Virus record (IMG/VR): IMGVR_UViG_3300037991_002155
Span: 1 to 36,862 of that record
DNA: 36,862 bases
Strand: one strand, 5' to 3'
From: a virus
Taxonomy: Duplodnaviria > Caudoviricetes
Below are positions 27,577 through 35,880 of the stretch, piece by piece. Both the position numbers and the translations under genes were made by a program. Under the pieces are notes generated by a model. That model did not search any database and had not been told where the DNA came from. It was given only the letters and a program-made list of their open reading frames with translations. Position 1 is the first letter of the stretch, and each line of letters opens with the position of its first letter.

Positions 27577-28488
27577 TCACACCCATGAATCTTCTTCGGC
27601 AGCGTCACAAATATTAAAATAACTACAATGAGAACATGTCTTAAAGAAAAACTTAGTTGGAAATGTATCTTGTTCATAGTGCCAAATCAACTTAGCAATA
27701 TTCTTCATAACAGACTTCATATTTCTAGCCTTTGCATTTTCAGCAAATACATAATTAGAAGCCGGATAATACCAACCCCAATGAGTCACAGGAACATTAG
27801 GTTCTAATCCATTCTTAATTAGAACTTCATCTTCCGCATTCTCAATAAGTAATTGATAAAAGGCCATTTCTTTTCTCATAGAAGTAGCCTTGTAATCTTT
27901 CCATGCTCCGGTCTTATATTCAAAAGGAACATAGCCCCCGTTTTCTTGAAAAACTCTATCAATAATGCCTTGAATATGTATCTTGTAATCTCTCCTAAGT
28001 GGAAACTTAGGATTAGTATTAGCCCCTATTGTTATTTCAGCATCGAACAATCCTTCATTACAAACAGGTAAATATTCATCAATTTTATTTTCTGCTCTAG
28101 CATCAATAAACCTTTGAGCCTCAAAAGCAGCAACAGTCATAGACAAATCAAAATACTCATCTATTGGTGTAAGTCCGGCGCAATAATCATGTATTTCATC
28201 AGCCGACATATTTTCTGCTTTCTTAACATCAAAGTCATTAAAGAAGTTCTCTCTATGAACATGTAATATAGTTCCTTTACGCATAGCCTCTGTTTGGTCT
28301 TGTGGTAATCTTTGCACATAACTAAAGTTGTATTTCTTGGGACACCAATCGAAAGCCCCCAAAGAAGATTTAGTTATTTTCAATATAGGCAAAGATGGGT
28401 CGTCGTAATTTTCCGGCTTCCAATCATAAGTATATTCATCCATTGATTTAATTATCGCTTCATATTTTTCATTGTTATTCAAAACCAT
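27577..28488 (-). CDS. Cas4/AddB-like PD-(D/E)XK nuclease with Fe-S cysteines
   Basis: SSLGAFDWCPKKY, GTILH, GIIDRV...FEYKTG, C-terminal CSHCSYFNIC. Confidence 0.85.
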   Translation of the reverse strand: MVLNNNEKYEAIIKSMDEYTYDWKPENYDDPSLPILKITKSSLGAFDWCPKKYNFSYVQRLPQDQTEAMRKGTILHVHRENFFNDFDVKKAENMSADEIHDYCAGLTPIDEYFDLSMTVAAFEAQRFIDARAENKIDEYLPVCNEGLFDAEITIGANTNPKFPLRRDYKIHIQGIIDRVFQENGGYVPFEYKTGAWKDYKATSMRKEMAFYQLLIENAEDEVLIKNGLEPNVPVTHWGWYYPASNYVFAENAKARNMKSVMKNIAKLIWHYEQDTFPTKFFFKTCSHCSYFNICDAAEEDSWV

Positions 28489-29399
28489 TCCTCCAAATTT
28501 GTTTGTATTTTACCCGATTTGATATTAGACAAATCCCAATTCATAGCCTTATAAATTGGTTCGGCCTTCTTTATTACTTGCTCGGCATAATGTTGATAAT
28601 CGGGTTTATACTTATCAAAATCAACATACCGAGAACCTGCTACATATTCAACAGTCTTCACTTCTTTAGTTAGTGGGTGTGTAAATACTTCACCGGACTT
28701 TGCTACTTTAAGGTATAAGTAAGAGTCGTCAAATGTAATATCGTTTTGTTTAGCATGTAATACACCCGCTATACCCGAACCTATCGTTGGTTTCTTACCA
28801 TCTAAGGTTTTGAAGTTCTTTACATCTTCACCGCACTTTTCACACCATCTTAGAGGTAAACATTCGTGTAAGGTATATCTCTTATTACAACCACTTTTTT
28901 TACCAGTCCACCTGTGTTCTGTAGTTTTACCACACCTAACCTTTAGTCTGTTTTCTTTAAGCCTACTTCTCTTAATAATGTCCTGTAGTTCAACTTCTCC
29001 ATTTAGCACTGACATGTATTTATTGTGTAAATACTTGTTAATTTCTAACATAGGTTTTTCATTCACCCACATTGTCAATACATCAGTTTGAACTTCTTTA
29101 GCAAGTTTAGTTTCACTAACTCTTTTAGCAGTAAAACCCGTCATAATGAACTCCGGTTCATCTAACCATTCTCCATCTTTCCAAGTTATCATACCTGCAT
29201 TTCTATTCTTAGTTGTTCCAACACCTAATGCTGAATAATATTTTTCAAATTCTAGCACTACGGGGTGTTGTTCTAAGCCCATAACATTAGGAAAGTGTTC
29301 TCTAACACTAGACTCTATTTCTTTAATAGCGTCTTGTGCCTTTTCAACAGAATCAATTTGAACATAAATCGAATCTGTATGTCCGTAAACTACTTTCAT
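28479..29399 (-). CDS. polB: Family B DNA polymerase, C-terminal part (motif C, thumb, PIP box)
   Basis: KVVYGHTDSIYV, LEFEKYY, KNRNAG, YQHYAEQVIK, terminal QTNLEEWF; ATG at 29399. Confidence 0.9.
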   Translation of the reverse strand: MKVVYGHTDSIYVQIDSVEKAQDAIKEIESSVREHFPNVMGLEQHPVVLEFEKYYSALGVGTTKNRNAGMITWKDGEWLDEPEFIMTGFTAKRVSETKLAKEVQTDVLTMWVNEKPMLEINKYLHNKYMSVLNGEVELQDIIKRSRLKENRLKVRCGKTTEHRWTGKKSGCNKRYTLHECLPLRWCEKCGEDVKNFKTLDGKKPTIGSGIAGVLHAKQNDITFDDSYLYLKVAKSGEVFTHPLTKEVKTVEYVAGSRYVDFDKYKPDYQHYAEQVIKKAEPIYKAMNWDLSNIKSGKIQTNLEEWF

Positions 29400-29403
29400 A
29401 ATA

Positions 29404-29601
29404 TCACACACTGCTATAATTAAACATCATTCCAACAGGTTGATTTGCTAACTTAGCGACTTCTTCCATAATGTCTCTTATGTTGCTACTTGAAACCTTT
29501 GTTAGTTCTATCTCTAAGTATAGTTCTTCTACCTCTCTTTCTAAGCCTTCAATTCTTTCTTCTAATCTTTCTATTTTGTATTTCATTTCTTTTTCATTCA
29601 T
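29404..29601 (-). CDS. Small coiled-coil protein
   Basis: Heptad IERLEERIEGLEREVEEL; GGTGA RBS. Confidence 0.65.
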   Translation of the reverse strand: MNEKEMKYKIERLEERIEGLEREVEELYLEIELTKVSSSNIRDIMEEVAKLANQPVGMMFNYSSV

Positions 29602-29732
29602 AATATCACCGTTATTATTGTTATAATGGTCGCTATATTTACAATATTTACCATCATTAATATTTTATTGCTCTTAGCAATCATAGCGAGTAATTCCTCA
29701 AGGAGTTCATTTGTCTTGTCCATCATTGACAT
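29598..29732 (-). CDS. Unannotated 44-aa peptide with C-terminal hydrophobic anchor
   Basis: MSMMDKTNELLEELLAMIAKSNKILMMVNIVNIATIITIITVIL; GGAG upstream; ATGA overlap downstream. Confidence 0.6.
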   Translation of the reverse strand: MSMMDKTNELLEELLAMIAKSNKILMMVNIVNIATIITIITVIL

Positions 29733-29901
29733 GACTATCTACTCCTTGTTTTGTATCTACACCATCAATTTCTATAATAGTTGCTCTACGCTTTAAATTT
29801 GTTAGCATTTCTATTATATCATTAATGTCTTTTTCAGTCTCTTTCCAAGTTTCTTCTGTATCGTATTCTATTTTAGCCACTATGTATTTTGTGTATTTCA
29901 T
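29707..29901 (-). CDS. Small hypothetical protein
   Basis: GGAGG RBS; ATGA coupling. Confidence 0.65.
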   Translation of the reverse strand: MKYTKYIVAKIEYDTEETWKETEKDINDIIEMLTNLKRRATIIEIDGVDTKQGVDSHVNDGQDK

Positions 29902-30104
29902 ACATCTAACCTCCTATATTCTCCTTCTCCGATTCTTTCTATATTATCTAATTTATTTAGTAAGTAACCTACTTGTTGGGCATTACCAACATACATACTA
30001 GTTCCTTTCTTTTCTACAATTCTAGCAATAATTTCATGTCCGGTAAACACTTCATCCATTTCTTCAACTGTCTCATAGACCCATCTTTCAAAATGTTTAT
30101 TCAA
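29898..30104 (-). CDS. Small putative winged-helix DNA-binding protein
   Basis: FTGHEII...QQVGYLLNK...ERIGEGEYR helix-turn-helix plus wing pattern; GAGGAGG RBS, TTG start. Confidence 0.55.
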   Translation of the reverse strand: MNKHFERWVYETVEEMDEVFTGHEIIARIVEKKGTSMYVGNAQQVGYLLNKLDNIERIGEGEYRRLDV

Positions 30105-30238
30105 TTGAATACCTCCTCATATTCACAAGAATTACATATTAACTTAGCCCTTCTCTTTATTCGCTGAACATAGGAATAGTTTATCTTAGGTTTTAACTCA
30201 ACATAAGCAAGAGAACCTCCACATCTAGGACACTTCAT
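30101..30238 (-). CDS. Unannotated 45-aa zinc ribbon protein
   Basis: MKCPRCGGSLAYVELKPKINYSYVQRIKRRAKLICNSCEYEEVFN; 4-nt overlaps at both ends. Confidence 0.7.
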   Translation of the reverse strand: MKCPRCGGSLAYVELKPKINYSYVQRIKRRAKLICNSCEYEEVFN

Positions 30239-30681
30239 ATTCCCAACCTCTTTTCAAACGCTTTTATCTTATTCCTAATTCTTGTAATAGAACCCTTTTG
30301 TAAGTTTATTGTTTTAGTAAGTTCTTTAATTTCTTCTTGTGCTTTTTGTGATTTAGTCATAGAAGAGATAATAACACCTTTTAGTTCATTAACTTTTTCA
30401 TCTACTATTTTTTCTACAATAGGTTTTATGTCATTAGTTATTTGGTGCTGAACTTCAACTCCGATAGTGCTATGTAATACATCAATAGATGATTTTAAAT
30501 CTTCTATTTGCTTTTCCATATTATCTACTATTGCTATTGCATTAACAGTTTTATTAGCCATAACCTTGTATCTGTTTCTTCCTCCGCTACCTCTACAAGC
30601 CTCGCATATTTTTTCTGTTGATTTCAAAGACCTCTTTCTAAAGACCTGCCTACATTCTCTACATTCTGTTGTTATACTCAT
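30235..30681 (-). CDS. Zinc finger plus coiled-coil protein
   Basis: CRECR...CEAC followed by a long heptad region. Confidence 0.7.
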   Translation of the reverse strand: MSITTECRECRQVFRKRSLKSTEKICEACRGSGGRNRYKVMANKTVNAIAIVDNMEKQIEDLKSSIDVLHSTIGVEVQHQITNDIKPIVEKIVDEKVNELKGVIISSMTKSQKAQEEIKELTKTINLQKGSITRIRNKIKAFEKRLGI

Positions 30682-30784
30682 TTTTATTCCTCATTTTTAT
30701 TTCTTCTGCACATCTTTTACAATGAAACTTACCCTCAAATTGAGGATTATGCGCCAACGGTTTCATACATTTTATTCTATTCAT
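30659..30784 (-). CDS. Unannotated 41-aa Cys/His peptide
   Basis: MNRIKCMKPLAHNPQFEGKFHCKRCAEEIKMRNKNEYNNRM; GGAG upstream. Confidence 0.5.
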   Translation of the reverse strand: MNRIKCMKPLAHNPQFEGKFHCKRCAEEIKMRNKNEYNNRM

Positions 30785-31064
30785 TTTTCATCTTCTCCTT
30801 AAATTCCTCAATATCCTTCCAAGCCTTATATAATGGCTCAAATGGCCCAATTTTAATTTCTTTAAGTTTTTTCTTTTTAAGTTCATGGGCGTTTAATATA
30901 CTCTTTTTAAACGCCTGTTGCGCCTGTAAATTCATTTTTGTTAAATGGTAGCCCTCGCAAAATTCACAATAATAATAATTAAGTTTAATGCCATTTTTCT
31001 TTTCTTTAAGCATCTCTTGATGAGCAATCGTAGCATTAGGATATATTATTTTTCCACATCTCAT
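30777..31064 (-). CDS. Phage-type zinc-finger protein
   Basis: C-x-K..Y....A...YYCEFCEGYHLT; coupled by ATGA to the stop of the PolB N-terminal gene. Confidence 0.7.
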   Translation of the reverse strand: MRCGKIIYPNATIAHQEMLKEKKNGIKLNYYYCEFCEGYHLTKMNLQAQQAFKKSILNAHELKKKKLKEIKIGPFEPLYKAWKDIEEFKEKMKNE

Positions 31065-32725
31065 ACTTCCAACTCCTTCGCCTTAAATGCGGCCAACCTA
31101 ATAGCCTCTCTAGCACTAGCAGTAATACTAGCGGCTAAATCTACATCAGCCCAACCAAAGCCTTGAAAGGCTAATACACCATAAAAAGAAGCCATTAATC
31201 TCTTGACCGCCATTTGATTATTATACCACTTAACATATTCATCACCTTCGGAGTTCTTCATTCTTTTCTTGTAATCGTTTCTTAACTCCTTCAACTCAAG
31301 AACTGCTTTAGGCAATAATCCTAACTCATCAGTTCTATAATAGTGCATTTGCTCTCCTTCCACTTCGCTGAAATCTCTTGGCGTTAAGATATTAACCCCA
31401 AATTCAGTAGGGGTTTGGCTCTTAGTTTCCCAAGATATGTTTCTAGCAACCATCATTGAAGGATATAGCCCCGCAAAGTCAAACGCCGCTACATTAAGGT
31501 GTAAGCCATTAGTATTCTCACTAAGCGGGTCGTAAATCATAGCCCCTTGATATTCTCTTCTATCGGCACTTTTGATGCCTGTTGGTGCTTTCCACCAAGC
31601 ATTTCTCATAAAGTAAATAGAACCCATATGTGAAGCATAGAAGCAAGCCTTGAAAGGTGCTTTTAGTAATCGTTGTAATGATATTATTGCTTCGCTACAA
31701 TAGTTTGATTCATCTATTCTAACTAAAAGTTCTACATCTACTAAGGCATAATGTAAGTATGCTTCTGTATCTTCTAGCCATGCTCTACGATAAAATTCGT
31801 TAGGGTCTTCAAACTTAGTTTCCATTACCTTTCCTTCATCGAACAATATCTTAGAAACATAATCAAGACTTAGTGAAGGTAATGTTCCTCTTTGTGAATC
31901 ATTCCACTGTCTTTCAAATGCTAAGTCTAAGTTAAGAGTAAGTCTTCCACCAATAGGTTGTTCAATTGGCGAATAACCGTCTTGTCTCTTAAAACTACAA
32001 CCTTTCTTAAGTTGTTTAACTCCATCTATCTTATGATAAGGCGACATGATTAAAGGATTCAAACCTAAAGCACATGCTCTATCTAATAACTTAGGTAAGT
32101 CGAACTTAAGGCCAAACCATGCAATTAACATATCGGGGTCTTTAGCAATCATAAATCCCATAAAGACTTCAAGCATAAATTTTTCATCACGACAAACATA
32201 AGTATTATGTTTTGTTTCTTCGTTATAATCTATTCTTTGGGATGAGACATAAAAGGGATGGCCTTCGGGAAACCAAGTAAACTGAGTGTATTTCTTATTG
32301 TAGTTGTCATACACTACAATAGTAGTAATGCAACCATCATATTCTCCGCCTTGTTGCCATTCCATATCCCAATACCACTTACGCATATTGTATTCGGGCA
32401 TCTCATTAACTTCATCAACTGCATATCTAAATGTATAAGGCACATCAGCCTCATATGTTTTAGTAAAGAGTTGCCTAGCACTATTTATGTCATATGATTT
32501 TTCAACATAGACTCTCTTCAAAGGTTCACCTTCTAGGCTTTTCCAATCTCCATCTTCATATTCAAATCTACCATTGGTATATTTGTTCAAAGGATAGTAA
32601 TTTCTTTCTACCTCATCTTCTAAAACATAGAAGTAGGGTCGAAACTCTAACTCTTCGCTTTTTCTTTTTCCGTTTTCTCTCCAAGATTTGTATATTGTAT
32701 TTCCATTTTTATTACTTATTATCAT
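31061..32725 (-). CDS. polB: Family B DNA polymerase, N-terminal part (3'-5' exonuclease, motifs A and B)
   Basis: FRPYFY, YEADVPY, ExoI WDMEW, ExoII FDLPKL, ExoIII YALVD, YQGAMIYDP, FDFAGLYPSMM, QMAVKRLMASFYG, AASITASAREAI. Confidence 0.92.
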   Translation of the reverse strand: MIISNKNGNTIYKSWRENGKRKSEELEFRPYFYVLEDEVERNYYPLNKYTNGRFEYEDGDWKSLEGEPLKRVYVEKSYDINSARQLFTKTYEADVPYTFRYAVDEVNEMPEYNMRKWYWDMEWQQGGEYDGCITTIVVYDNYNKKYTQFTWFPEGHPFYVSSQRIDYNEETKHNTYVCRDEKFMLEVFMGFMIAKDPDMLIAWFGLKFDLPKLLDRACALGLNPLIMSPYHKIDGVKQLKKGCSFKRQDGYSPIEQPIGGRLTLNLDLAFERQWNDSQRGTLPSLSLDYVSKILFDEGKVMETKFEDPNEFYRRAWLEDTEAYLHYALVDVELLVRIDESNYCSEAIISLQRLLKAPFKACFYASHMGSIYFMRNAWWKAPTGIKSADRREYQGAMIYDPLSENTNGLHLNVAAFDFAGLYPSMMVARNISWETKSQTPTEFGVNILTPRDFSEVEGEQMHYYRTDELGLLPKAVLELKELRNDYKKRMKNSEGDEYVKWYNNQMAVKRLMASFYGVLAFQGFGWADVDLAASITASAREAIRLAAFKAKELEV

Positions 32726-32734
32726 TTATATTCC

Positions 32735-33508
32735 TCAATTTGCTAAGTGTGGTGCTTTAATCAAAAGTTTATTCTCCGATATAATCAACATCGGGAAATC
32801 ATCTTTGACATAAAAGTTCAACATTTCATTGTCAAACAATACATGTAGTGGGCTAGAAAAATCTAGTGTTGCTGATTCTCCAATATTGCCTTCTAACTCA
32901 ATAGAAGTTTCAAACTTATTTGAGTTGTTAGTAGCACTAGACAGTGATAACTTATTCTTATCATGTTCATAGTTTAGGTGATAAACACCACTACCAATCA
33001 ACTCACAAAGTTTCATAGTTTCACTAAATGTATTTGAGTCTAATTGAAATGCACCTTCATATTTTTCTTTGTTAAAGTTAAACAAAGTTTCTAGGTTTTC
33101 TTCAAAGTGTGTATTTAGGACATGCTGACCCATACGATTCAATGTGTCCATATTAGGATGATTCGCAATAGTAGGTTGTGAAAGTTTACTATTGTTATTT
33201 GTCATAGTAATAATATCACCACAGTTTACTACTACATCACCACTGAACTTCTTTAGATATTTCAACAACTCTCCGGTTTCACCAACAACCGTTCCGTCTT
33301 CATCACCTTCAACAGTTATATTGACTCTAACTATTAATGAATTAATAGAATCACAATTCCATAAACTCAATGTATTATTGTGCAATTTAGCGTAAAAATA
33401 CTCTATTAAAGTATTATTAGTTAGACTTGCACCATTGAAGTATTTTCCTTTCAATTGTATATCTGTTAATGCCTTTACTAATTCTTTTGCATCTACTGTA
33501 AATTTCAT
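32735..33508 (-). CDS. pcn: PCNA-like DNA sliding clamp
   Basis: ~257 aa with clamp-like two-domain pattern (MKFTVDAKELVKAL...FQLDSNTFSETMK...KDDFPMLI...LIKAP); next to polB; ATG 33508. Confidence 0.7.
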   Translation of the reverse strand: MKFTVDAKELVKALTDIQLKGKYFNGASLTNNTLIEYFYAKLHNNTLSLWNCDSINSLIVRVNITVEGDEDGTVVGETGELLKYLKKFSGDVVVNCGDIITMTNNNSKLSQPTIANHPNMDTLNRMGQHVLNTHFEENLETLFNFNKEKYEGAFQLDSNTFSETMKLCELIGSGVYHLNYEHDKNKLSLSSATNNSNKFETSIELEGNIGESATLDFSSPLHVLFDNEMLNFYVKDDFPMLIISENKLLIKAPHLAN

Positions 33509-34275
33509 ATTGCCCCCTCTCTTAATTCCTTTAGTCCATTCCATGTAATGTTAGGTGGAGTTCCTTGTCTTGTAGTCCACTTAGAACCTACAAGTTTACC
33601 ATTAGTTCTACTACCTAATAGTTCAGCAAAGAAATGTAGTTCTCCCTTTACTTTCTTTTTAGAACAGTAAATCTCTTGTTCAAGTTTACCTCCCCAATCT
33701 TTCCACATTGGCTGAACTCCAACAGGCACATTATCGACATACTTTTCAGTATCATGCGTAATAAATATTACATCACATTCTAAGTTGTATATAGTGTCTA
33801 ATAAATAGTAGAATGCCTTGTTTCTGTTACCATATTGGAACGGCATAATCTTTGTTACCACTCTAGGATTAGGATTAACTTTCAACATACATGAAGAAAG
33901 CCAAGTATCTACTCCATCAATAACAAAGATAGGTTTATCTCCTGCATCTATTGATTGTTTAGCATGATTGATAAATTCTAACGAGCGTGATTCACTTTCG
34001 TTAATATCAATAATGTTATCTTTATTCATTACAATAGGACAAAATACTTCTATTCTATCTGTTGCATCGTGGTGTTGAAACCAAGTTGATTCAACGCCTC
34101 TATCCCAATCTAAAACAAATATCTTTCTATCGGGGAAGTCTAATGCAAGTCCGGTTTTACCCGTCTTTGGTTCTCCCCAAATACCTAATACCATTCTAGG
34201 TTTTCTATTCTCTCTTTTCATTTTCATTAATTCACTAAAATTTATTTTCTCTTTTCTAAAACTCATAATTTTCAC
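33505..34275 (-). CDS. AAA_24/Sak4-like RecA-fold ATPase
   Basis: Walker A GEPKTGKT, VLDWDRG, Walker B FVIDGVD, VIFITH. Confidence 0.75.
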   Translation of the reverse strand: MKIMSFRKEKINFSELMKMKRENRKPRMVLGIWGEPKTGKTGLALDFPDRKIFVLDWDRGVESTWFQHHDATDRIEVFCPIVMNKDNIIDINESESRSLEFINHAKQSIDAGDKPIFVIDGVDTWLSSCMLKVNPNPRVVTKIMPFQYGNRNKAFYYLLDTIYNLECDVIFITHDTEKYVDNVPVGVQPMWKDWGGKLEQEIYCSKKKVKGELHFFAELLGSRTNGKLVGSKWTTRQGTPPNITWNGLKELREGAI

Positions 34276-34525
34276 CTATCTCATTTTTATCTAATAATAA
34301 TTCTGTTTCTTTCAATAATCCCCATGCGTTTAATATACGACACAATTCATTTTTGCCTTCACAAACATATCTTGTCTCCTTAGTTCCAACATGAAGTTTA
34401 ATCCAATAACTATCTTTTTTGTTTTCATTTTCCTTCCAAGTAATAAAGTCTACACTATTTAAATCAATAATATAACTTTCATTTTTTAGAAGGAATCTCT
34501 CTTCTATAATTCCTTTTCTATACAT
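34256..34525 (-). CDS. Hypothetical protein (89 aa)
   Basis: ATG 34525 with GAGGA RBS; the longer track start runs through a structured spacer. Confidence 0.6.
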   Translation of the reverse strand: MYRKGIIEERFLLKNESYIIDLNSVDFITWKENENKKDSYWIKLHVGTKETRYVCEGKNELCRILNAWGLLKETELLLDKNEIGENYEF

Positions 34526-34537
34526 TTTTATTCCTCT

Positions 34538-34627
34538 AAAAATAGGCTTCGCACCTATCCGAGCGTCAATTTCTTCCTCAAGTTCACACTTACACTTGGA
34601 CATGCTTAGGGGAAACAACAAACCCCT
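34538..34627 (-). promoter_or_regulatory. Structured intergenic element (three short hairpins, the last followed by a T run)
   Basis: AGGGG/CCCCT (34608-34627), CAAGT/ACTTG (34579-34598), ATAGG/CCTAT (34542-34558), then a T run on the minus strand. Confidence 0.45.
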
Positions 34628-34638
34628 TTGGAATCTAA

Positions 34639-35868
34639 TCAAAACCAAACAATGTCTTCATCCTCTACGCCCTGTTCTTCGGCAACCGGATTACCAAATG
34701 CCTCTTGAACTAACAAACCACTAGTATTAATTGTGATTGGTTCGGCTTCTCCGTCAATAATTCTTTGAGAAGTTCTTCCAACTACTAATACTGTAGAACC
34801 AATACCGAAGTTAATATTGATGTGTTCGGGAATCCAACAAGTAGTTGCTAGATTCTCTTCTTCATCTTCTGTCAATTCCATATCGGATGCCTTATCAGTA
34901 ATAGATAAAATTCTGTTACCGTTAGCAGTCGGTGTCATTCTTTGATTAACAACCGTTCCTTCAACAATAGCAAATCTATCCTTTGTTTGTTCCATTTGTA
35001 AATTAGTATGTAGTCTATCTAAATCTACCAATGGTGTTCCATTCTTAGGATAGTTTTCATACAAACAAGATGAAAAGTCAAAAGAACTCATATCCCTATA
35101 ATCGCTATTATCGGGGTTTAAATCAACATTTCTAATTAGACTATCTTTAGTCGCCATAGTCATACCATACAAGTTTGTTCCATCATCACTAGGAATAGCC
35201 TTGAAGTGAACCCAATCAAAAGTTTCGGGTGCAAAATCTATTCCACCTTGATTCTTATAAGAGAAGTAGTAAGACTTCATATCTCCGCCATCAATGCTAC
35301 CGAAGAAAATACCATTTCTTCTAAATTCATTCTTAGGCAAAGGCTTACCATATCTTTTATTTTCAGCCCCACTTGTGTAATTAGGCATGTTGTCTAATGG
35401 AATAATAATAGTCCCATCTTCCAATTCTTCCGCACCATCGGGTAGTTTCTTTACCATAGTTTCTTGATATTCACCTTTGTAGTATCTTTCAAGATTATAG
35501 GTTTCATCTCCGTTATCGGTAGCAACTGCAAAAACGCCATCGGATAATGCTTTTTCACCATCTCTTAGGTATTCTTCTCTTGCTTTGTTTCTACTCCAAC
35601 TCATCATATCTCTTGGTGCTTCTAGGCTTACAAAGAAACCGAATGCGCTCTTAACTAAACTGTTAGAACCACTGTTGTTTGTTTTCTTTGTTGGCATATT
35701 ACCACGCACATAATTTCTAAGTAGTGAAACTGCAATATCGTTATCTAACTCTATTCCATTCTCTTCACACATGGAACGGAATTTTGTTACCATTTCATCA
35801 ACAGTAATTCCTATGTGCTTACTTCCTATTTCTATTTCTTTCATCATTTTTTCATTTATTTCTTTCAT
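34639..35868 (-). CDS. OB-fold ssDNA-binding protein (RPA/SSB-like)
   Basis: C-terminal OB pattern IVEGTVV...NRILSITD...TTCWIP...GSTVLVVGR; acidic tail EDEDIVWF; GGAGG RBS. Confidence 0.65.
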   Translation of the reverse strand: MKEINEKMMKEIEIGSKHIGITVDEMVTKFRSMCEENGIELDNDIAVSLLRNYVRGNMPTKKTNNSGSNSLVKSAFGFFVSLEAPRDMMSWSRNKAREEYLRDGEKALSDGVFAVATDNGDETYNLERYYKGEYQETMVKKLPDGAEELEDGTIIIPLDNMPNYTSGAENKRYGKPLPKNEFRRNGIFFGSIDGGDMKSYYFSYKNQGGIDFAPETFDWVHFKAIPSDDGTNLYGMTMATKDSLIRNVDLNPDNSDYRDMSSFDFSSCLYENYPKNGTPLVDLDRLHTNLQMEQTKDRFAIVEGTVVNQRMTPTANGNRILSITDKASDMELTEDEEENLATTCWIPEHININFGIGSTVLVVGRTSQRIIDGEAEPITINTSGLLVQEAFGNPVAEEQGVEDEDIVWF

Positions 35869-35880
35869 ATTTTTTCCTCC

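Noticed and set aside
27577-28488. Cas4-like gene as evidence of CRISPR-Cas
   Set aside because: No repeat-spacer array or other cas genes seen; solo Cas4-like nucleases are common in archaeal viruses.
29399-31070. Split intein, intron or transposon explaining the PolB break
   Set aside because: No intein motifs, homing endonuclease, transposase or terminal repeats seen. The shared AAGTA at the two junctions is too short to be meaningful in AT-rich DNA.
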